From Chiloscyllium plagiosum (lineage: Eukaryota): a stretch of DNA of 64,000 nucleotides. The notes beneath the pieces are model-generated. The model saw nothing but the letters and a program-made list of their open reading frames with translations, searched no databases and had not been told where the DNA came from. A program made the translations under genes and the position numbers. The first letter of the stretch is position 1. Each line of letters begins with the position of its first letter. This document shows positions 50,866 through 62,335 of the stretch, in pieces. The stretch lies in NCBI RefSeq assembly GCF_004010195.1, contig NC_057718.1, forward strand, positions 97,219,644 through 97,283,643. Direction: 5' to 3'.

Positions 50866-51129
50866 AAGTCTCTACGTCAATGATAATCTGCTTTTTGATT
50901 CTTCCTCCCAAAGTGCGCAACCTCACACTTGCCTACATTAAACTTTAAGCTGCCAAGAAGTTTGTTCACTCACTCAATCTCTCTGTATCCTTTTGCAGGT
51001 TCCTTATGTCCTCAAAACATGCCCTCCACCCTATTTTGGTATCATCAGCAAATTATGGATAAATATGCTCTCTGCCTCCTCCATCATTGCTGTTGAACTT
51101 TAAGGGAAGGTAGTTAGATTCTCTCCAGC

Positions 51130-51253
51130 TGCCTGACGAAAAAGTTACGCTCCGAAAGCTAGTGCTTCCAAATAAACCTGTTGGACTATAATCTGGTGTT
51201 GTGAGATTTTTAACTTTGTTCACACCAGTCCAACACCGGCATCTCCAATTCAT
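51130..51253 (+). mobile_element. Solo PLE terminus, family B
   Basis: CTGACGA..GCTCCGAAAGCTAGTG through CGGCATCTCCAATTCAT; helix II damaged. Confidence 0.75.
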
Positions 51254-51781
51254 CTCTCTTTGTTGGAGAAGGTCATTGCATGGCACCTGTGTGGTCTAAA
51301 TGCTGTTTGCCATTTATCAGCCCAAGCCTGAATGTGGCTGCCAATGGAGATTGACTGTTTCTGTACCTGGGGAGTTGGAAATGGTTCTGAATATAATGCA
51401 ATCACCAGCAAACATGCCTAATTCTGATGGAACAAAGACTGCTGGTGAAGCGGTTGAAGATATTTGGGTGCAGGACACCATCCTAAACTCCTTCAGTAAT
51501 ATCTTGGACAGAAAAGGGTCCGTTACCATGCTGTAGACCTTTATGACTCTGCAACCATGTTTTGTTGTGCAAGGTATAAATCCAACCTGTGTAGCATTTT
51601 CCTGCTGACTCCCATTGATGTCAATTTGTTTTTTCAGTTTCTTTGATGCTTGACTCAGTCAAATGCTTCTTTGATATCATGGGCAGTTACTCTAACCTCT
51701 TTGCAAATTCCTTTGAGTGAAAATCCAATCTGTATGCTACTGTGACGGTTCTTAATTGGTTGAAGACTTTGACTGGTTAGG

Positions 51782-52101
51782 ATCATAGAATCACTGCAGT
51801 GTGGAAGCAGGCCATTCGGCCCATCAAGTCCGCACTGACCCACTCCCCTACCCTACCCAGTAACTCTGCATTTCTCATGGTTAATCCATTTAGCCTGCAC
51901 ATCCTTGGACACTTATGACAATTTAGCATGGCCAATCCATCTAACCTGCACATCTTTGGACTGTGGGAGGAAACCGGAGCTCCCGGAGGAAACCCACACA
52001 GACATGGGGAGAATGTGCAAACTCCACACAGACAGGCACCCAAGAAATCAAGCTCAGGTCTCTGGTGCTGTGAGGCAACAGTGCTAACCACTGAGCCACC
52101 A
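51782..52101 (-). mobile_element. HE1 V-SINE (long variant)
   Basis: HE1 motifs. Confidence 0.85.
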
Positions 52102-52173
52102 TTACTTTGAAGATTTGTTTCTTTTTGAGTTGCTTGCAGATGCCATCAATACCCAGTAAAAGGTGACACACTA

Positions 52174-52490
52174 ATTAGATTAGATTACTTACAGTGTGGA
52201 AGCCGGCCCTTCGGCCCAACAAGTCCACACCAACCCTCCGAAGAGCAACCCGCCCAGACCCATTCCCCTACATTTACCCCTTCACCTAACACTACAGGCA
52301 ATTTAGCATGGCCAATTCACCTGACCTGCACATTTTTTTCGAGTGTGGGAGGAAACCGGAGCACCCAGAGGAAACCCACACAGACACGGGGAGAATGTGC
52401 AAACTCCACACAGACAGTTTCCTGAGGCTGGAATTGAACCTGGGTCCCTGGTGCTGTGAAGCAGCAGTGCTAACCACTGAGCCACTGTGT
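52174..52490 (-). mobile_element. HE1 V-SINE
   Basis: HE1 motifs and (AATCT)n tail. Confidence 0.9.
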
Positions 52491-52499
52491 TGTGGAATT

Positions 52500-53070
52500 C
52501 CTTCATTGCTCTGTTTTTTGAGTATAGGAGTTGGGATGTTATGTTGAGGTTGTGCAGGACATTGGTGAGGCACCTTCTGGAATACTGTGTCCAGTTCTGG
52601 TCGCCCAGTTATAGGAAAGATATTATTAAACTGGAGAGGGGTCAGAAGAGATTTGCTTGCTATGGAAGGGTTGAGTTGTAAAGAAAGGCTGGAGAGGCTG
52701 GGACTTTTTTCACTGGAGGGTAGGAGGTTGAAAGGTGACCTTATAGCAGTTTATTAAATAATGAGGGGGTATAGATAAAGTTGATGGGAGATTCCAAGAC
52801 CGGGGACACATTGTTAAGGTGAGAGGAGAGAGATTTAAAAAAGACAGGAGGGGCAGATTCTTTACACAGACAATGGTTCACATGTGGAATGAACTTCCTG
52901 AGGAAGTGGTGGATGCAGGTACAGTTACAATGTTTAAAAGACACTTGGATGGATATGTGAACAGGGAAGATGTGGACCAGGAGCAGGCAGGTGGGACTAG
53001 TATAGGTTGGGATTATGTTCAGCATAGACTGGTTGGACCGAAGGGTCTGTTTCTGTGCTGTATGACTCTA
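52500..53070 (+). mobile_element. HER1-like LINE 3' fragment
   Basis: LCRTLVRHLLEYCVQFWSP, FFTQTMVHMWNELPEEVV. Confidence 0.85.
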
Positions 53071-53671
53071 AGTGTTCTTTAATTCAACTTCAAAATAAGG
53101 GGATGAATTTGTTAACAAGGACTCGCAATGTAAGTTTTGTTACAGTGCAAATTGTTCACATTTTTACAGTCATTATTCAGGTTAAAAGGAGAAAAAAGAA
53201 TGACTGTAATATATTTGTGGGTACAGAAGGAGATAGATTTAATATCCAAACTCTGGCTTCCTGCATCTTAACTCTTGTCACATACAGATCACCCAAAGGC
53301 CACGTTCTCACTGAGCTCTAGCCAGCAACAGCTCCCTTTGAACATTCTCACTCTGTTTTTTCAATTCCCCCACATGGCTTCACCTTTCCCCAGCTCTGTG
53401 TCCTCATCCAGCCCAACAACTATCCAGTCACTATGCTCCTCCACTGGGCTTCATCGCTCCATTATTTCCCAGCCTTACCCTCACCTGCTTGCGCTCTTAG
53501 CTGGGGAGCCTCTCCCTGGACCTCTCTGCCTCAGTACCTCTGTCTCCCCTGAAAGACCTAGCCTGGTCATTTGCCTTGATATCTTTGGTGTGCCTTTGGC
53601 ATCCAGTTTAATCTGATGGAATTCCTGAGAAGCACTTTGTGGTAATCAGCTACAATAAAAGAGTTATCGGA

Positions 53672-54105
53672 AATGAGCTACTGGGAGAGACTGAATAGGC
53701 TAGGGGTATTTTCTTCAGAGCGTAAGAGGCTGGGGGGTGACTTTACAGAAGTTTATAAAATCATGAGGGGCATGGATAGGATAAATAGACAAGGTCTTTT
53801 CCCTGGCTTGGAGGAGTCCAGAACGAGAGGGCATAGGTTTAGGGTGAGGAGTCCAGAACGAGAGGGCATAGGTTTAGGGTGAGAGGGGAAAGATTTAAAA
53901 GGGACCTGAGGGACAGCTTTTTCATGCAGAGGGTGGTGAATATATGGAATGAGCTGCCAGAGGAAGTGGTGGAGGCTGGTACTGAATAGGAAGGGTTTGG
54001 AGGGATATTGGCCAAATGCTGGCAAATGGGACTAGATTAATTTAGGATATTGGTCGGCATGGAAGAGCTGGTGTGTTTCAGTGCTGCACACCTCCATGGC
54101 TCTAC
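53672..54105 (+). mobile_element. HER1-like LINE 3' fragment with an internal 35-bp tandem duplication (53811-53880)
   Basis: SYWERLNRLGVFS.ERKRLGGDFTEVYKIMRG; GAGGAGTCCAGAACGAGAGGGCATAGGTTTAGGGT twice. Confidence 0.85.
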
Positions 54106-55119
54106 CTTACTGAGTGGTTTATGCACCTTTGGAATCTCTGTTCAAGAGATCTGTAGATGATCTCATCATTGATTCTACTCAAGGCTGGGGTGGGTAATAT
54201 TTGACCCCTCTGGGAAGCCAGAGATATGGGGAGTGAGTGGGAAAGCAGAGGTAAGAGAGAAGATCAGCTGTAATCACACTGCATGGGGGGGAGCAGGTTT
54301 GATAGGCCGAGTGGCCTACATTCCTTACATCATTGCACTGACCACCTGTTGTGATACAGTAGTGACAGTGCCTTGGCTTGCAGTATATTTAAAATGTAGC
54401 AGACAAAACACAGACAGCTGAGCTCAATCCTGTCCTCAGCTGCCACTTCCAGCAGGTGGTGATGGACAGAAAGAGAAATAGCACATGGAATTAATTTAGA
54501 AAGCAGATTGACATGCATAAGTTGGACCAAAGAGTCTGTTTCTGTGCTGTACAGTGCTATGACTCTCTCAGGAAGGGTTGAGAGGGATATGGGCCAAATG
54601 CTGGCAAATGAGACGAGAATACTTTCGGATATCTGGTCAGCATGGACGAGTCGGACCAAAGGGTCTGTTTCCGTGCTTTACAACTCTAAATGCAAGTTGT
54701 TTTTGGCCTGGAACTGAAAGTTAGTTGCTTTCCTGGTGAACCTATCTGAATTGTCAATCAGGGTGAAGCTGTTAACATGAGCTGCAGGTTTTGTTAAACT
54801 CTATTAAAGAAATAATTCGCACAGCAAGGTGGACTGGTTCGACGCTGTTTTCCTTTTGCTTGCAGTCATCAGCGTGGGCATTTTATGGCTTTAAGACCGA
54901 AGCAAGCAGGCATTGAATTTTCTCGACAGTAAACAGGCTGTGTCGGGGAGCAGCTACGTGGGTGCTGAGTAACAAGCTGCTCTCAGAAAGCCAGCTGAAT
55001 GAACAGCAAAGGCAGGTCAAGTTAATTCACTCAGGAGAAGTTCCAGGCCGTGGGAAGCATTTGTCCAAAAATATCTCGCGATCACGGTAATGAAGGTAGT
55101 CTAACTTGAGCAATAATCA

Positions 55120-55190
55120 GATTGTGACTCATAAAGCCAGACCTGACAGAATTCTCCATCATTTGCTGCGGGAGACAGCCAATCACGGGG
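55120..55190 (+). promoter_or_regulatory. Candidate promoter/enhancer motifs
   Basis: AP-1-type TGACTCA at 55125-55131 and NF-Y-type AGCCAATCA at 55177-55185 in repeat-free, CpG-retaining sequence. Confidence 0.3.
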
Positions 55191-55230
55191 CAAGTCGGGT
55201 GTTCACTTCAGTATTGCTTTCCTTCGGCAG

Positions 55231-55329
55231 TTGAATTATTTTGCCATGAGCGAATGGCTTTCATGCCAGTCAGACGTGTCCTATTCCCTTGCCTGCGAGC
55301 TTCTTTCGAATGATGAGCTTGAGTTCTCA
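55231..55329 (+). CDS. Candidate coding exon of an unidentified gene: (LNYFA)MSEWLSCQSDVSYSLACELLSNDELEFS
   Basis: Acceptor-like TTGCTTTCCTTCGGCAG ending 55230, GCCATG at 55243-55248, open frame to a consensus donor GTGAGT at 55330-55335; protein not recognised. Confidence 0.35.
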
Positions 55330-55540
55330 GTGAGTCATTCTCTGAGTGACAGACCCGACTGCAGTAAACTTGCAATGGTTTCCCGAAAGGCTACACCACT
55401 GCTTTTCTGTCAAACATGGAGACCAGGAGTAGGCCAATTCTGCCTTCAATCCTGCTCTACCATTCATTCTGCTCATTGCTGCTTCTCTATTGTAATCCCA
55501 TATTCCCACTTCCTACCCATGGATGCCTGTATGATCTTCG

Positions 55541-55753
55541 AGGAGGAAGTGAGGTCTGCAGATGCTGGAGATCAAAGTTGAAACTTTATTGCTGGAACAG
55601 CACAGCAGGTCAGGCAGCATCCAGGGAACAGGAGATTCGATGTTTCGGGCACAGGCCCTTTCCTGAAGAAGGGCCTGTGCCCGAAACGTCGAATCTCCTG
55701 TTCCCTGGATGCTGCCTGACCTGCTGTGCTGTTCCAGCAATAAAGTTTCAACT
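55541..55753. mobile_element. PLE-terminus fold-back insertion, family A (best-preserved copy)
   Basis: 85-bp arms 55576-55660 / 55669-55753 with one mismatch; 13-bp TSD TGCCTGTATGATC at 55524-55536 and 55753-55765. Confidence 0.9.
55660..55693 (+). ncRNA. Minimal type-I hammerhead ribozyme motif (intact core)
   Basis: TTC-CTGAAGA-A-GGGC-CTGT-GCCC-GAAA-CGTC-GAA; 3-bp helix I TTC/GAA. Confidence 0.75.
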
Positions 55754-56221
55754 GCCTGTATGATCCAAACAAAATCTATCTCTTCTTTGAATGTATTTAA
55801 TGCGTTGGCTTCCTTTAAAATCTAAGAGAAGATCCCTCTTTCTTGAATAAATTCAGTGACTTGGTCTCCCCTGTGAGGCAATATTATTAAGAGTCAGGTA
55901 ACCAAGGCAGGTGAATAGAATTAAGATATGGATCGATCATGTTCGAATGGTGGTGCAGGCTTGATTGACAAACTGCTCGCTTCTTGTTCCTCTGCACAGT
56001 GTGAGAATCCATTGCCCCCCTGCCGATCTCATGTATCTCAATTGTAACGAGTGAAAGAAGATGTGCATTTACATATTTGTACATTTATACAGGATCTTTC
56101 ATGGCTACGGAATGTCCCAAAACACCGTACAAAAATGAAGTAATTTTGAAATGTAATCATTGCTGCCCAGTAGGAAACAGGACAGCCAATTTACACACAG
56201 GAAGCTCCAAAATGAGGTATC

Positions 56222-56742
56222 AGAGAATCTGGACAGTGTGGAAGCAGGCCATTTAGCCCATCAAGTCCACACTAATCTTCCAAAGAGCATCCCACCCTAT
56301 CTCTGTAAGCCTGCATTTGCCATGGCCAAACCACCCTCGCCTGCACATCCCTGGACACGATGGGGCAATTTCCCATGGCTAATCCACACCACCCTGCACA
56401 TCCCTGAACACTATGGGCAACTTAGGATGGCCAATCCACCCTAGCCTATACATCTCTAGACACAATGAGCAATTTTGCATTGCCAATCCACTCTAGCCTG
56501 CACATCCCTGGACACGATGGGGCAATTCAGCATGGCCAATCTACCCTAGCCTACATATCCCTGGACACTATGAGCAATTTCACATGGCCAATCCACCCTA
56601 ACTTGCACATGTTGTACGGCGATTGGAAAGCAGAGTACCTGGAGGAAACCCGCGCAGGGAAACTCCACACAGATGGTCACCCAAGACTGAAATCGAACCC
56701 AGGTCCCTGGTGCCGTGAAGCAGCATTGCTAACCACTGAGCC
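56222..56742 (-). mobile_element. HE1 V-SINE with an internal ~52-bp unit expanded to about 5 copies
   Basis: CCTGCACATCCCTGGACAC.ATGGG.CAATT..CATGGCCAATCCACCCTAG-like units start near 56340, 56393, 56445, 56497 and 56550. Confidence 0.8.
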
Positions 56743-56858
56743 ACACACACACACACACACAAACGATGGGTGCTGGGAAAAAAATAAGCACTACCGCAGT
56801 TAGGCGGTAGTGTGGGGGTTTATCAAAAAAAAATAAACAGGGGATTCCCTAAGAAAAG

Positions 56859-58530
56859 AAAACAGGAGATTCCGAGAGTTCCTGTCTTGAGGGACTGATT
56901 TTGAGCGAGCTGGCTGGCCACATAGCTAGTGTGTACGGCTGCTGTTCCTTTCTGTGTTTTTTTGGGGGGAAAGAACCTGATTCCTGAACTGGCTAATCTG
57001 CACAGCCAGTTTAGTGAGGACTGATTTCTAAACTGCCTGCCCTTCACAGTCAGTGTGTTTCATTAGGGAACTGTTGTTTCACTGCTGCTTACAGCCTGTG
57101 TTACTTTCCTTTTCTTTAAGAAAAGGACAATGCTTGTTTTGTAGCAGGGATCAGCCCTTGCTGGTTTTCTTTGTGCTTTCACTGTTTGGTGTTTGGACTG
57201 AGGCCCTGTGAGTTAATGCACCTTTCTAGCTGAACTGCCCCTCTATAGGTAGAATAGGCCTATGTAAAGACTGAACAGGTGTGTGTGTGTGTGCTGGGAG
57301 GTGAGCATTTGCTGCTTCCTGGAGTGGATCCTGCCTGTTTGAGTGGACCATTCCCTGTGAGTTAACTGCACCTTTTACAATGAACTGTATTCCTGTGGGT
57401 GGACCTGGTTCTCTGTGGATAGACTAAACCTCTATGAGACTGAACATGTGTGTGTGCTGTGGGGTGTGTATTTGCTGCCTTTAGGAGTGGACTCTGCCTT
57501 TGGTTTGGATTCTATCTCTGACAATGCATTCTGCATACTGGATTGGACTCTATTCCTGGGAATGGATTCTGCATTCTGAAGAGAACTGTTCATTGTAATG
57601 GACACTGTACCAGAACGGAGTCTGTTTGTTGCTAATTGACTCTGTATTGCTTGTTGAGTTTATCTCCTGCACTGTCTTGTGTGTCCCTGGATGTGGCAGG
57701 CCTCGCTGGGAGGCTTATAGGTCATCCTGAAAGCTGCGACCCCAAGAGTCGGAGGGTGGGTAGACCATCCTGTGAACGGAAAGTGGGTAGGCTGCCCTGA
57801 TGCCAATCGTCCTGAAAGCCAGAAGATGGGTAGATCATCCTGTGAACCTGAAGGTAGGTAGGTAGGTTACCCAGAAGACCAGAAGGTGGGTAGGCCATCC
57901 CGATGCTGGTCGCACTGAGAGCTCGAAGGTGAGTAGGCCATTCTGAGTGCTGTCGTCCCAAGAAGGGGTAATCAGGACAGGCTGTCCTAGAAGTGGCCAG
58001 AAGGTGTCAGAGCAGCCAAGAGACAGGCAGAGATCCAGAAGGCTTGTCGGCTGCCCTGCACGCCCATGTCCCAGGGAAGAGAATGGGCTGTCCGAGAGGT
58101 GGCCGGAAAGTGTCTGAGCAGATTGAGAGCCGGAAGGGACATGGTTTGGACTGAAAGCCGGAATCAGGGTAGGGGCAGGCTGCCTGTGAGTGGCTGAAAG
58201 GTGAGAGGGATGGTGGTTTGCTGGGTTGTCGGGGTGTCTATGATATATGCTCTGTTTTATTGTTCGGTTTATTGGACTGTCTGCATGTGATTGCATTTAC
58301 TGTTTCCTTTCTGATGTAATAAGTTGGGATTTGAGGTTCATCCTCTTTCCCTGTGAACTGGTTGCACTGAGGGGTCTGGGGTCTGGCTTTATTGTCCCTT
58401 TCTTCCCCTGTAAATTGCTGTTTCTTGTAAACTGCTGTTCATTGTTAACTGTAATTTGTACCGGTTAATAAAATAACAAAAATACATAAACAGGAGTTTC
58501 CGAGAGTCTCCTGACTTGAGGGACTGACTC
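56859..58530 (+). mobile_element. Unclassified ~1.7-kb non-coding element with terminal direct repeats
   Basis: AAACAGGAG.TTCCGAGAGT(C)TCCTG.CTTGAGGGACTGA near 56860 and 58488; internal tandem duplications; AATAAA and A-rich tract before the second repeat. Confidence 0.5.
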
Positions 58531-59269
58531 CAAGGTGGCTGTAAATATCAGTCCTCTATAGTTCTCTCAGAATGGCATCTGGTGAATTTTCAGTTTCCCA
58601 ACCAGCACAATACTGCTGAATAAATGGCCTTGAGGGGTGCTGTCTCCATTCTGTGAAGTGAAGTCAAAAGCAAATTCAAGAGTTGTGATTGAGATGCAGC
58701 TTCAGATTATTATCCGTGGAGTTTGAAAACCCTATTCTCCCACCAGCTGTGCAATTGTATAATCAGTGCCTTATTAGATTTTTGTCATTTGCAGAAAGCT
58801 GCAGGTATTAATGGTTTTACTGATAGAGCTGCACAGAAGTTGTAACAGGAATGGGGGTACACCATCCCTCTCAATACACTCTTCCCAAAGCAACCAGCAA
58901 CACTGCATCTGGGGGAACACACAGGGCTGTTTCAATGAATGAGTCAGTGTGACATTAAATGGCCTGTCTACGACCATGGATGGTAATTTGTTAGATTTTT
59001 AGTTTGAGCTGAAGAGCATGTGGACAATCTGAAAATCCCTGGACATTATGATGAATTATTTCAGCCTTGATTGAAGATGATCAGAGGTTCCAGCTTGTGG
59101 CTTATTGCTCCTCATACTGTAAACCTGCTGTCGAGGCCTTTGGTGGTGCAGTTGTAATGTCCATGCCTCTGCTCCAGGAGTCCCAGGCTCAAGTCCCACC
59201 TGCATATTAATGTAGCTAAACAGGTTGATTTGAAAATTTGAGCTGGGTTCTTGCTAGTCTGTTAATTCT

Positions 59270-59865
59270 TTGAAGTTTGCATCACATATAGACAGGGTGG
59301 TTAAGAAAGTGTTTAGCACACTTTCCACACTCCTTTGAGTACAGGAGTTGGGATGTCATGTTGAGGTTGTACAGTATGTTGGTGAGACCCCTTGTGGAGT
59401 ACTGTATCCAGTTCTAGTCACCCTGCTATAGGAAGGATATACTTAAACTGAAGAGCATGCTGAAAAGATTTACCAAGATATAGCTGGGAATGGAAGATTT
59501 GAGTTGCAGGGAGAGGCTGGGATTTTTGCACTGGCGTATGGGAGCCTATCTTATAGAGGTCTTTAAAATCATGACGGGCATAGATGAATAGTAGGTGTTT
59601 CTTTTTTCGAGGGGGCATATTTTTAAGGTGAGGAGAAAGATTTAAAAAGGACATGAGGGGCAACATTTTTAGTGGTTTGTGTATGGAATGAACTTCCAGA
59701 GGAAGTGGTGGGCGCAGGCACAGTTACAATATCGAGGTACACGGATAGGAAAAGTTTGGGGGGGGATATGGTCCAGGAGCAGGGAGGTGGGACTAGTTTA
59801 GTTTGGGATTATGTTCAACATGGACTGGTTGGACCGAAGGGTCTGTTTCTGTGCAGTGTGACTCT
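59270..59865 (+). mobile_element. HER1-like LINE 3' fragment
   Basis: Same subfamily as 52500-53070. Confidence 0.8.
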
Positions 59866-59974
59866 TTTTTGGTACAGTTACTGTGTCTAAACCTATATCT
59901 AAATCCCCTGAGGAAAGGGACTTGTGGTGCTAGCCCAAAGGGTCTAGATTCAAGATCCGACCTGGCTCAGGAGA

Positions 59975-60194
59975 TGGGAGCAAATTACTGCAGAGGCCGG
60001 AATCTGTACTGAACACAGCAAATGCTAGAGATCACAGTGGGTCAGGGAGCATCCATAGAGAGAGCAAGCTAACATCTCGAGTCTAGGTGACTCTTCATGA
60101 GAGCTGACATGAAATCAAGACTGGAAACGTTAGCTTGCTCTCTGTCCATGGAGACTGCCTGACCCATTGTGACCTCCAGTATTTGTTGTTTCAG
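59975..60194. mobile_element. PLE-terminus fold-back, family D (old)
   Basis: Diverged inverted arms (..GGGTCAGGGAGCATCCATAGAGAGAGCAAGCTAAC / GTTAGCTTGCTCTCTGTCCATGGAGACTGCCTGACCC..); combining both arms gives CTnATGA-A-GAGTC-loop-GACTC-GAAA-CGTT. Confidence 0.7.
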
Positions 60195-61832
60195 GATGTG
60201 TCAGTCATGGGTGTGTTGTAACTTGGTTTGGTCACAAAGTAACTTGTCCATGGCATTTCCTTCTGAAGTGCTTAAACCTTGCACCGTTACCTGGTGGGAA
60301 TGAGATGGCTTGACTTGGAGCTCTGCCATCCTGGTGGATAGTGTGGTTGCTAATGGCAACGGCTTGCTCTGCTGTTAGTATAATTGCTAACCCTTCATCC
60401 TCCCCCAGCACGACACCACTGTCTCTTTAAAACCTCATCACCCTCCAATTATTTACTTGTCAGTCTGGTAATTTGAAAATTAGCCTACAGCAGCGGAGGA
60501 CCAATGTGATTACGGCAAACAATTGCAAATAAATTTTAATGAAAACTGGTCAGAGTGGTGTTTTTAGTCAAGTTGAAACAGTAGTCCTTTTTTGTTAGTA
60601 GGTTGTAGAATTCAGTCCTGACCTCCAAAAGGTCTGTATAGTACTGCTGCTTTCAATTAATCTCCTTCCTGCATTTGAACGTAATCATAAATTGCCCTTT
60701 GTGTCTCAATTATTGAGAATGTTTCTTTGTTAACTGAATATGATTAATCAGAACAAGATGACTGATATTGTGCTGTAATTAAACTCTCGCATTCACTGTC
60801 TTTTGTACACTTCTGACAAAAGCTGAATTGCAATTTTGTGAAGGGTGTAGTTAATTTTGTGTACTAATTTTTCTTTAATAGACTTTTTTTCTTTGTTCAT
60901 TTACTTGGTACATGGTAGTTTTATCTTTCATTTCAATTGCATTTATTTTATGCTGTTTGTGTGACACTACATTGCTTCAATTTCAATTGCTTTTGTTTCT
61001 TTCATTTTACTCGCTCACCATTGGAGCCCAAGGCCCTGAAGGAACATAAACCCAAATCCCTGGAATTCCCTCCTTAAACCTCTCTGTCATCCTCACCTTT
61101 TGACAGTCTGTCTAACTCTGCTTCCCTGACCAACCTGTCCTGATAGCTCCTCACATGAATCAGCTTCAACGCTGGCTTATTAAGGGTTTTGCAAAGCATC
61201 CTGGGGGGTGGTTGACCACTAGTTGGATGGCACTATTGTTATTAATCACTGACCTGTCTGGAGCACAGTCAGGATAAGGGGGGCAAGTGAGATGATAATG
61301 AGACCCCCCTCCAGGGGACAAAGGGCTAGCAGTCACACGGTGACCAAAGTACAGATCACTGGTTGCATTGGTGCAGGGGATGGATTTTATCTGCCTCTTT
61401 AGACCCTTTTGAATTTCTGTTGGTGTTTGCTTGAGCTGCTATTGTTTCCAAATTACTGAGCTTGGAAGATGTGATAATGTAGACATTGCGCTTAGATGTT
61501 CAAGACCTCAGTGCGAGATTTGCCCACTCTGCTAGGATGTGACAGCCCTCTCATCTGTGGGATATGGGGACTCTTTCGTTAATAAAGTGTTCCTTGTCTC
61601 TGTTAATCTGTTAAACGTGCATTTGGCAAAGACAGGGGCATGATTGGATCTACCTACCGCATCAGCTTAGTCCAATACCCAGGACAGCATAATTGCATAC
61701 TCCTGTCCCCTCCGGTCACTAGCCTGTCTCCAGTGGAAACTGATCCAGAGCCATGGACCCTTGTCCGCCCCAGATTAGAATCGGTTGTTCCTAATTTTAA
61801 CTGGGAGGTGCACATTTATACATTCAATTGAC

Positions 61833-62335
61833 AGTCAAAAATCACATGACACTGGGTTATAATCCAATAGGTTTATTTGAAACCCTGCTCCTTCCTCACA
61901 TAGCTTGGGAGAGAATACATCAGACACAGAATTTATAAGTAAAAGATGAATGGGTCGTGCAACTGATATGAATTTATTGAACAAATCCAGATGGCTATAA
62001 GCTTTTAATCAGTAAAAATGGGGAGGCAGGTTTTGATCAATTAATACGTAAATCTCAGAATTTCTTACAAGTCAGTGCCCCAAGATAACATAGTTTTATC
62101 AGACCCCTTAGGTCAAACAATGCCTTTAGGTGTGGGAGCCTTACTTTGAGTCTGTTTGTGTCTCCATGGAGTCAGATTGGTTTTATTTCCAAAGAAGGAA
62201 TTTATAAAATGCCACATGGACTGACTGCCAACAGATTGTGTGCTTTCTGAACAAAATAGACTGTATCTGTAAATGCAAATTCACCCCATAGATTTGTGCG
62301 TGAGGGGGAGAGAGAGCACGTGTGTGAGAGACACT
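61833..62335 (-). mobile_element. Decayed PLE 3' region related to family B
   Basis: AAAAATCACATGACACTGGGTTATAATCCAATAGGTTTATTTG..GCTCCTTCCTCA followed by AT-rich UTR-like sequence. Confidence 0.55.

Noticed and set aside
54866..54894. Acceptor TTTCCTTTTGCTTGCAG followed by ISVGILWL-stop
   Set aside because: All three frames stop within about 70 nt and no product is recognised; it could be a UTR or terminal exon but this cannot be supported.
55541..55753. Fold-back elements as DNA-transposon MITEs or pre-miRNAs
   Set aside because: Arms are asymmetric, TSDs vary from 8 to 15 bp, solo arms occur, and the arm matches the PLE terminus carrying a hammerhead.
57722..58296. Minus-strand ORFs as a gag-like gene
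   Set aside because: No recognisable domain; they overlap a degenerate tandem repeat.
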